Source of the DNA: Eledone cirrhosa
Lineage: Eukaryota
Assembly: GCA_964016885.1 (NCBI GenBank)
Contig: OZ024743.1
Location: 138,880,001 to 138,944,000 of the forward strand
DNA: 64,000 nt
Direction of reading: 5' to 3'
The notes beneath the pieces are model-generated. The model worked only from the letters and a program-made list of their open reading frames with translations, was not told where the DNA came from and did not search any database. The translations under genes were made by a program, and so were the position numbers. Of the stretch, positions 55,560 through 64,000 are shown in pieces; the stretch's first letter is position 1, and each line of letters opens with the position of its first letter.

Positions 55560-58500
55560 GTGCTTGGTGCTTGGTGTTTAGTGTTTGGTGTTTGGTGCTT
55601 GGTGTTTGGTGCTTGGTGCTTGGTGCTGGGTGGTTGGTGTTTGGTGCTTGGTGCTTGGTGCTTGGTGTTTGGTGCTTGGTGCTTGGTGCTTGTTGTTTGG
55701 TGCTTGGTGCTTGGTGCTTGGTCTTTGGTGCTTGGAGTTTGGTGGTTGGTGCTTGGTGCTTGGTGTTTGGTGTTTGGTGTTTGCTGTTTGGTGTTTGCTG
55801 TTTGGTGTCTGCTTTTTGGTGTTTGGTGTTTGCTGTATGGTGTTTGCTGTTTCGTATTTGGTTTATGCTGTTTGGTGTTTGGTGTTTGTTGTTTGATGCT
55901 GCGTGCTTGGTGTTTGGTGTTTGGCGCTTTGTGCTTGGTGCTTGGTGTTTGGCATTTGGTGCTTGGTGCTTGGTGTTTGGTGCTTGGTGCTTGGTGCTTG
56001 GTGTTTGGTGTTTGGTGCTTGGTGCCTGGTGCTTGTTGTTTGGTGTTTGGTGCTTAGTGCTTGGTGTTTGGTGTTTGGTGCTTGGTGCTTGGTGGCTGGT
56101 GGTTGGTGCTTGGTGTTTGGTGTTTGGTGTTTGGTACTTGGTGCTTGGTGCCTGGTGTTTGGTGCCTGGTGCTTGGTGCTTGTTGTTTGGTATTTGGTGC
56201 TTGGTGTTTGGTGTTTGGTACTTGGTGCTTGGTGCTTGGTGCTTGGTGTTTGGTCCTTGGTGCTTGGTGCTTGGTCTTTGCTGCTTGGGGTTTGGTGTTT
56301 GGTGCTTGGTGCTTGGTGTTTGGTGCCTGGTGCTTGGTGCTTGGTGTTTGGTGTTTAATGCTTGGTGCTTGGTGCTTGGTGTTTGGTGCTTGGTGCTTAG
56401 TGCTTGGTGTTTGGCATTTGCTGTTTGCTGTTTGGTGTTTGGTGCTTGCTGTTTGGTGTTTGGTGTTTGGTGTTTGGTGTTTGGTGCTTGCTGTTTGGTG
56501 TTTGGTGCTTGGTGCTTGGTGATTAGTGTTTGGTGCATGGTCCTTGGTGTTTGTTGTTTGGTGTTTGGTGCTTGGTGTTTGGTGCTTGGTGCTTGCTGTT
56601 TGGTGGTTGGTGCTTGGTGTTTGGTGTTTGGTGTTTGGTGCTTGGTGCTTGGTGTTTGGTCCTTGGTGCTTGGTGCTTGGACTTTGCTGCTTGGGGTTTG
56701 GTGTTTGGTGCTTGGTGCTTGGTGCTTGGTGTTTGGTGCTTGGTGCTTGGTGCTTGGTGTTTGGTGTTTGGTGCTTGCTGCTTGGTGCTTGGTGCTTGGT
56801 GTTTGGTGATTGGTGCTTGGTGCTTGGTGTTTGGCGTTTGCTGTTTGCTGTTTGGTGTTTGGTGTTTGCTGTTTGGTGTTTGCTGTTTGGTGTTTGCTGT
56901 TTGGTGTTTGGTGCTTGGTGCTTGGTGGCTGGTGTTTGGTGCTTGGTGTTTGGATTTTGGTGCTTGGTGCTTGGTGCCTGGTGTTTCGTGCTTGGTGCTT
57001 GGTGTTTGGTGTTTGGTGCTTGGTGTTTGGTGTTTGGTACTTGGTGCTTGGTGCTTGGTGCTTGGTGTTTGGTGCTTGGTGCTTGGTGATTGGTGTTTGA
57101 TGCTGCGTGTCTTGGTGTTTGGTGTTTGGTGCTTGGTGCTTGGTGTTTGGTGTTTGGAGCTTGGTGCCTGGTGCTTGTTGTTTGGTGCCTGGTGCTTGTT
57201 TTTTGGTGTTTGGTGTTTGGTGCTTGGTGTTTGGTGCTTGGTGCTTGGTGCTTGGTGTTTGGTGCTTAGTGCTTGGTGTTTGGTGCTTGGTGCTTGGTGT
57301 TTGGTGCTTCGTGCTTGGTGGTTGGTGCTTGGTGTTAGGTGTTTGGTGCTTGGTGCTTGGTGTTTGATGTTTGGTCCCTGGTGCTTGGTGTTTGGTGTTT
57401 GGTGCTTGGTGCTTGGTGTTTGGTGTTTGGTGCTTGCTGCTTGGTGCTTGGTGTTTTGTGTTTGGAGTTTGGTGTTGGTGTTTGGTGCTTCGGTCTTGGT
57501 GCTTGGTGTTTGGTGCTTGGTGCTTGGTGTTTGGTGCTTGGTGCCTGGTGCTTGGTGTTTGGTGCTTGGTGCTTGGTGTTTGGTGATTGGTGCTTGGTGT
57601 TTGGTGCTTGGTGCTTGGTGCTTGGTGCTTGGTGTTAGGTGTTTGGTGCTTGGTGCTTGGTGTTTGATGTTTGGTGCTTGGTGCTTGGTGTTTGGTGTTT
57701 GGTGCTTGGTGCTTGGTGTTTGGTGTTTGGTGCTTGCTGCTTGCTGCTTGGTGTTTGGTGCTTGGTGATTGGTGCTTGGTGTTTTGTGCTTGGTGCTTGG
57801 TGTTTGGTGTTTGGTGCTAGGGGCTTGGTGCTTGGTGCTTGGTGTTTGGTGCTTGGTGCTTGCTGTTTGGTGTTTGGTGCTTGGTGCGTTGGACTTAGTG
57901 TTTGGTGTTTGGTGCTTGGTGTTTGGTGCTTGGTGTTTGGGGCTTGGTGTTCGGTGCTTGGTGCTTGGTGCTTGGGGCTTGGTGTTTGGTGTTTGGTGCT
58001 TGGTGCTTGGTGTTTGATGTTGGGTCCTTGGTGCTTGGCGTTTGGTCTTTGGTGCTTGGTGTTTGGTGTTTGGTGCTTGGTGCTTGATGTTTGGTGTTTG
58101 GTGCTTGGTGCCTGGGGCTTGGTGTTTGGTGCTTGGTGCTTGGTGTTTGGTGTTTGGTGCTTGGTGCTTGGGGCTTGGTGTCTGGTGCTTGGTGCTTGGT
58201 GCTTGGTGTTTAGTGTTTGGTGTTTGGTGCTTGGTGTTTGGTGCTTGGTGCTTGGTGCTGGGTGGTTGGTGTTTGGTGCTTGGTGCTTGGTGTTTGGTGC
58301 TTGGTGCTTGGTGCTTGTTGTTTGGTGCTTGGTGCTTGGTGCTTGGTCTTTGGTGCTTGGAGTTTGGTGGTTGGTGCTTGGTGCTTGGTGTTTGGTGTTT
58401 GGTGTTTGGTGTTTGCTGTTTGCTGTTTGGTGCTTGGTGCTTGGTGGCTGGTGTTTGGTGCTTGGTGTTTGGATTTTGGTGCTTGGTGCTTGGTGCCTGG

Positions 58501-61500
58501 TGTTTCGTGCTTGGTGCTTGGTGCTTGGTGTTTGGTGTTTGGTGCTTGGTGTTTGGTGTTTGGTACTTGGTGCTTGGTGCTTGGTGCTTGGTGTTTGGTG
58601 CTTGGTGCTTGGTGATTGGTGTTTGATGCTGCGTGTCTTGGTGTTTGGTGTTTGGTGCTTGGTGCTTGGTGTTTGGTGTTTGGAGCTTGGTGCCTGGTGT
58701 TTGCTGTTTGGTGTCTGCTTTTTGGTGTTTGGTGTTTGCTGTATGGTGTTTGCTGTTTCGTATTTGGTTTTTGCTGTTTGGTGTTTGGTGTTTGCTGTTT
58801 GGTGTTTGGTGTTTGGTGTTTGGTGCTTGGTGCTTGGTCTTTGGTGCTTGGGGTTTGGTGTTTGGTGCTTGGTGCTTGGTGTTTGGTGCCTGGTGCTTGG
58901 TGCTTGGTTCTTGGCGTTTGCTGTTTGCTGTTTGCTGTTTGGTGCTTGCTGTTTGGTGTTTGGTGTTTGGTGTTTGGTGTTTGGTGCTTGCTGTTTGGTG
59001 TTTGGTGCTTGGTGCTTGGTGATTAGTGTTTGGTGCATGGTCCTTGGTGTTTGTTGTTTGGTGCTTGGTGCTTGGTGTTTGGTGCTTGGTGCTTGCTGTT
59101 TGGTGCTTGGTGCTTGGTGTTTGGTGTTTGGTGTTTGGTGCTTGGTGCTTGGTGTTTGGTGCTTGGTGCTTGGTGCTGGGTGTTTGGTGCTTGGTGCTTG
59201 GTGTTTGGTGCTTTGTGCTTGGTGCTTGGTGCTTGGTGTTTGGTCCTTGGTGCTTGGTGCTTGGTCTTTGGTGCTTGGGGTTTGGTGTTTGGTGCTTGGT
59301 GCTTGGTGTTTGGTGCTTGGTGCTTGGTGCTTGGTGCTTGGTGCTTGCTGTTTGGTGTTTGGTGCTTACTGCTTGGTGCTTGGTGTTTGGTGCTTGGTGC
59401 TTGCTGTTTGGTGTTTGGTGTTTGGTGCTTGGTGCTTGGTGTTTGGTGTTTGGTGTTTGGTGATTGGTGTTTGGTGCTTGGTGCTTGGTGTTTGGTGCTT
59501 GGTGCTTGGTGCTTGTTGTTTGGTGTTTGGTGCTTGGTGCCTGGTGCTTGTTGTTTGGTGTTTGGTGCTTAGTGCTTGGTGTTTGGTGTTTGGTGCTTGG
59601 TGCTTGGTGGCTGGTGTTTGGTGCTTGGTGTTTGGTGTTTGGTGCTTGGTGCTTGGTGCCTGGTGTTTGGTGCCTGGTGCTTGGTGCTTGGTGTTTGGTG
59701 TTTGGCGCTTGGTGTTTGGTGTTTGGTACTTGGTGCTTGGTGCTTGGTGCTTGGTGTTTGGTGCTTGGTGCTTGGTGCTGGGTGATTAGTGTTTGGTGCT
59801 TGGTGCTTGGGGTTTGCTGTTTGGTGCTTGGTGCTTGGTGTTTGGTGTTTGGTGTTTTGTGTTTGGTGTTTGGTGCTTGGTGTATGTACTTGGTGCTTGG
59901 TGCTTGGTGTTTGGTGCTTGGTGCTTGGTGTTTTGTGTTTGGTGTTTGGTGCTTGGTGTATGTACTTGGTGCTTGGTGTTTGGTGTTTGGTGCATGGTGC
60001 TTGATGTTTGGGGCTTGGTGCCTGGTGCTTGGTGTTTGGTGCTTGGTGCTTGGTGCTTGGTGTTTGGTGTTTGGTGCTTGGTGCTTGGTGTTTGGTGCTA
60101 GGTGCTTGACGCTTGGTGTTTGGTGCTTGGTGCTTGGTGCTTGGTGATTAGTGTTTGGTGCTTGGGGTTTGGTGTTCGGTGTTTGCTGTTTGGTGTTTGC
60201 TGTTTGGTGTCTGCTGTTTGGTGTTTGGTGTTTGCTGTATGGTGTTTGTTGTTTTGTGTCTCGTGTTTGCTGTTTGGTATTTGGTGCTTGGTGCTTGGTG
60301 CTTGGTGCTTGGTGCTTGGTGGCTGGTGTTTGGTGCTTGGTGTTTGGATTTTGGTGCTTGGTGCTTGGTGCCTGGTGTTTCGTGCTTGGTGCTTGGTGCT
60401 TGGTGTTTGGTGTTTGGTGCTTGGTGTTTGGTGTTTGGTACTTGGTGCTTGATGCTTGGTGCTTGGTGTTTGGTGTTTGGTGCTTGGTGCTTGGGGCTTG
60501 GTGTTTGGTGCTTGGTGCTTGGTGCTTGGTGTTTAGTGTTTGGTGTTTGGTGCTTGGTGTTTGGTGCTTGGTGCTTGGTGCTGGGTGGTTGGTGTTTGGT
60601 GCTTGGTGCTTGGTGTTTGGTGCTTGGTGCTTGGTGCTTGTTGTTTGGTGCTTGGTGCTTGGTGCTTGGTCTTTGGTGCTTGGAATTTGGTTGTTGGTGC
60701 TTGGTGCTTGGTGTTTGGGGTTTGGTGTTTGCTGTTTGGTGTTTGCTGTTTGGTGTCTGCTTTTTGGTGTTTGGTGTTTGCTGTATGGTGTTTGCTGTTT
60801 CGTATTTGGCTTTTGCTGTTTGGTGTTTGGTGTTTGCTGTTTGGTGTATGGTGTTTGGTGTTTGGTGCTTTGTGCTTGGTGCTTGGTGTTTGGCATTTGG
60901 TGCTTGGTGCTTGGTGTTTGGTGCTTGGTGCTTGGTGCTTGGTGTTTGGTGTTTGGTGCTTGGTGCCTGGTGCTTGTTGTTTGGTGTTTGGTGCTTAGTG
61001 CTTGGTGTTTGGTGTTTGGTGCTTGGTGCTTGGTGGCTGGTGGTTGGTGCTTGGTGTTTGGTGTTTGGTGCTTGGTGCTTGGTGCCTGGTGTTTGGTGCC
61101 TGGTGCTTGGTGCTTGGTGTTTGGTATTTGGTGCTTGGTGTTTGGTGTTTGGTCCTTGGTGCTTGGTGCTTGGTCTTTGCTGCTTGGGGTTTGGTGTTTG
61201 GTGCTTGGTGCTTGGTGTTTGGTGCCTGGTGCTTGGTGCTTGATGTTTGGTGTTTAATGCTTGGTGCTTGGTGCTTGGTGTTTGGTGCTTGGTGCTTGGT
61301 GCTTGGTGTTTGGCGTTTGCTGTTTGCTGTTTGCTGTTTGGTGCTTGCTGTTTGGTGTTTGGTGTTTGGTGTTTGGTGTTTGGTGCTTGCTGTTTGGTGT
61401 TTGGTGCTTGGTGCTTGGTGATTAATGTTTGGTGCATGGTCCTTGGTGTTTGTTGTTTGGTGCTTGGTGCTTGGTGTTTGGTGTTTGGTGCTTGCTGTTT

Positions 61501-62890
61501 GGTGTTTGGTGCTTGGTGCTTGGTGATTAATGTTTGGTGCATGGTCCTTGGTGTTTGTTGTTTGGTGCTTGGTGCTTGGTGTTTGGTGCTTGGTGCTTGC
61601 TGTTTGGTGGTTGGTGTTTGGTGTTTGGTGTTTGGTGTTTGGTGCTTGGTGCTTGGTGTTTGGTGCTTGGTGCTTGGTGCTTGGTGTTTGGTGTTTGCTG
61701 TTTGGTGTTTGCTGTTTGGTGTTTGGTGCTTGGTGCTTGGTGGCTGGTGTTTGGTGCTTGGTGTTTGGATTTTGGTTCTTGGTGCTTGGTGCCTGGTGTT
61801 TGGTGCTTGGTGCTTGGTGGTTGGTGCTTGGTGTTAGGTGTTTGGGGCTTCGTGCTTGGTGTTTGATGTTTGGTCCCTGGTGCTTGGTGTTTGGTGTTTG
61901 GTGCTTGGTGCTTGGTGTTTGGTGTTTGGTGCTTGCTCCTTGGTGCTTGGTGTTTTGTGTTTGGAGTTTGGTGCTTGGTGTTTGGTGCTTCGGTCTTGGT
62001 GCTTGGTGTTTGGTGCTTGGTGCTTGGTGTTTGGTGCTTGGTGCCTGGTGCTTGGTGTTTGGTGCTTGGTGCTTGGTGTTTGGTGATTGGTGCTTGGTGT
62101 TTGGTGCTTGGTGCTTGGTGCTTGGTGCTTGGTGTTAGGTGTTTGGTGCTTGGTGCTTGGTGTTTGATGTTTGGTGCTTGGTGCCTGGTGTTTGGTGTTT
62201 GGTGCTTGGTGCTTGGTGTTAGGTGTTTGGTGCTTGCTGCTTGCTGCTTGGTGTTTGGTGCTTGGTGATTGGTGCTTGGCGTTTTGTGCTTGGTGCTTGG
62301 TGTTTGGTGTTTGGTGCTAGGGGCTTGGTGCTTGGTGCTTGGTGTTTGGTGCTTGGTGCTTGCTGTTTGGTGTTTGGTGCTTGGTGCGTGGGACTTAGTG
62401 TTTGGTGTTTGGTACTTGGTGTTTGGTGATTGGTGTTTGGGGCTTGGTGTTCGGTGCTTGGTGCTTGGTGCTTGGGGCTTGGTGTTTGGTGTTTGGTGCT
62501 TGGTGCTTGGTGTTTGATGTTGGGTCCTTGGTGCTTGGTGTTTGGTCTTTGGTGCTTGGTGTTTGGTGTTTGGTGCTTGGTGCTTGATGTTTGGTGTTTG
62601 GTGCTTGGTGCTTGGGGCTTGGTGTTTGGTGCCTGGGGCTTGGTGTTTGGTGTTTGGTGCTTGGTGCTTGGGGCTTGGTGTCTGGTGCTTGGTGCTTGGT
62701 GCTTGGTGTTTAGTGTTTGGTGTTTGGTGCTTGGTGTTTGGTGCTTGGTGCTTGGTGCTGGGTGGTTGGTGTTTGGTGCTTGGTGCTTGGTGTTTGGTGC
62801 TTGGTGCTTGGTGCTTGTTGTTTGGTGCTTGGTGCTTGGTGCTTGGTCTTTGGTGCTTGGAGTTTGGTGGTTGGTGCTTGGTGCTTGGTG
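55560..62890 (-). repeat. Right-arm block duplication with offset 4.5-4.95 kb, built from ~2.2-2.6 kb related subunits
   Basis: ORF pairs 57769/62269, 57902/62402, 58042/62542 and 58217/62717 (offset 4500). GGCATTT at 55951/60892 (4941). The GCATGGTCC landmark lies near 56535, 59035, 61434, 61539 and 63085. Confidence 0.85.
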
Positions 62891-63640
62891 TTTGGTGCCT
62901 GGTGCTTGGTGCTTCGTGTTTGGCGTTTGCTGTTTGCTGTTTGCTGTTTGGTGCTTGCTGTTTGGTGTTTGGTGTTTGGTGTTTGGTGTTTGGTGTTTGC
63001 TGTTTGCTGTATGGTGTTTGCTGTTTCGTATTTGGTTTTTGCTGTTTGGTGTTTGGTGTTTGCTGTTTGGTGTTTAGTGTTTGGTGCATGGTCCTTGGTG
63101 TTTGTTGTTTGGTGCTTGGTGCTTGGTGTTTGGTGTTTGGTGTTTGGTGCCTGGTGCTTGGTGTTTGGTGCTTGGTGCTTGGTGCTGGGTGTTTGTTGCT
63201 TGGTGCTTGGTGTTTGGTGCTTGGTGCTTGGTGCTTGGTGCTTGGTGCTTGGTGTTTGGTCCTTGGTGCTTGGTGCTTGGTCTTTGGTGCTTGGGGTTTG
63301 GTGTTTGGTGCTTGGTGCTTGGTGTTTGGTGGTTGGTGGTTGGTGCTTGGTGTTTGGTGTTTGGTGCTTGCTGCTTGGTGCTTGGTGTTTGATGCTTGGT
63401 GCTTGGTGTTTGGTGTTTGGTGCTTGGTGCGTGGGACTTGGTGTTTGGTGCTTGGTGTTTGGTGCTTGGTGTTTGGTGCTTGGTGCTTGGTGCTTGGTGT
63501 TTGGTGTTTGATGTTTGCTGCATGGTGCTTGGTGTTTTGTGTTTGGAGTTTGGTGCTTGGTGTTTGGTGCTTCGATCTTGGTGCTTGGTGTTTGGTGCTT
63601 GGTGCTTGGTGTTTGGTGCTTGGTGCCTGGTGCTTGGTGT

Positions 63641-64000
63641 TTGGTGCTTGGTGCTTGGTGTTTGGTGATTGGTGCTTGGTGTTTGGTGCTTGGTGCTTGG
63701 TGCTTGGTGCTTGGTGTTAGGTGTTTGGTGCTTGATGCTTGGTGTTTGTTGTTTGGTCCTTGGTGCTTGGTGTTTGGTGCTTGGTGCTTGGTGATTGGTG
63801 TTTGGTGTTTGGTGCTTGCTGCTTGCTGCTTGGTGTTTGGTGCTTGGTGATTGGTGCTTGGTGCTTGGTGTTTGGTGATTGGTGCTTGGTGTTTGGTGCT
63901 TGGTGCTTGGTGCTTGGTGCTTGGTGTTAGGTGTTTGGTGCTTGATGCTTGGTGTTTGTTGTTTGGTCCTTGGTGCTTGGTGTTTGGTGCTTGGTGCTTG
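63641..64000 (-). repeat. 210-bp (30-monomer) tandem duplication, second copy truncated by the window end
   Basis: 63641-63790 is identical to 63851-64000, including GTTAGGTG, CTTGATG and GTTTGTTGTTTGGTCC. Confidence 0.85.

Larger units (their letters stand above)
51093..64000 (-). repeat. Same heptamer satellite in inverted orientation, (YTTGGTG)n on +, about 1,840 monomers, open at the window end
   Basis: CTTGGTG/TTTGGTG are the exact reverse complements of the left-arm monomers. Variants TTTGCTG, ATTGGTG, CTTGGGG and CTAGGTG mirror CAGCAAA, CACCAAT, CCCCAAG and CACCTAG. Confidence 0.99.

Noticed and set aside
51520-63035. TTCG-containing variants (TTTCGTATTTGG, CTTCGTG) as CENP-B boxes
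   Set aside because: They lack the downstream A..CGGG part of the 17-bp CENP-B box.
2104-63089. Long TKHQAPS-type ORFs (up to 1,782 aa) as mucin-like or heptad-repeat proteins
   Set aside because: The same peptide appears in all three overlapping frames. There are no unique N- or C-terminal domains, and variation follows the 7-bp DNA period rather than codon position.
133-63930. WCLVLGA-type ORFs as membrane proteins
   Set aside because: They are antisense translations of the same satellite, with hundreds of overlapping equivalents. Most starts are incidental TTG/GTG codons.
1-64000. CRISPR array (recurring landmark cassettes separated by variable DNA)
   Set aside because: There are no constant 23-50 bp repeats with unique spacers, the intervening DNA is the same heptamer, and there are no cas genes.
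1-64000. Array as direct telomerase/RT-templated or de novo polymerase synthesis product
   Set aside because: Rare variants are inherited in kb-long blocks with nested divergence. This indicates DNA-level duplication over time rather than repeated copying of a short template. No enzyme gene lies in the window.

Overview
The whole 64-kb window is one heptamer satellite family, consensus CACCAAR (CACCAAA/CACCAAG; reverse complement YTTGGTG), roughly 9,100 monomers. I found no unique sequence, gene, RNA gene, transposon or CRISPR array. Bases 1-51092 carry the C/A-rich strand on +. The array then inverts in register, with no spacer, at 51092/51093 (...CACCAAG|CTAGGTG...), and 51093-64000 carries the G/T-rich strand. 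Rare variant monomers act as barcodes and reveal a nested architecture: 7-bp monomer, 14/21/28-bp patterns, reusable modules of a few hundred bp, a loose ~1.3-1.8 kb super-unit, and block duplications at offsets of 1.3, 2.5, 3.1-3.6, 4.055, 4.5-5 and 10 kb. The two arms use largely different variant libraries. All supplied ORFs are translation artefacts of the repeat (TKHQAPS / WCLVLGA heptads). The array looks like eukaryotic heterochromatic (peri)centromeric or subtelomeric satellite, but neither organism nor function can be determined from the sequence. I cannot support a protein-coding novel system here. The noteworthy signals are the array architecture and the inversion point. Block boundaries were read by eye and are approximate unless stated otherwise.
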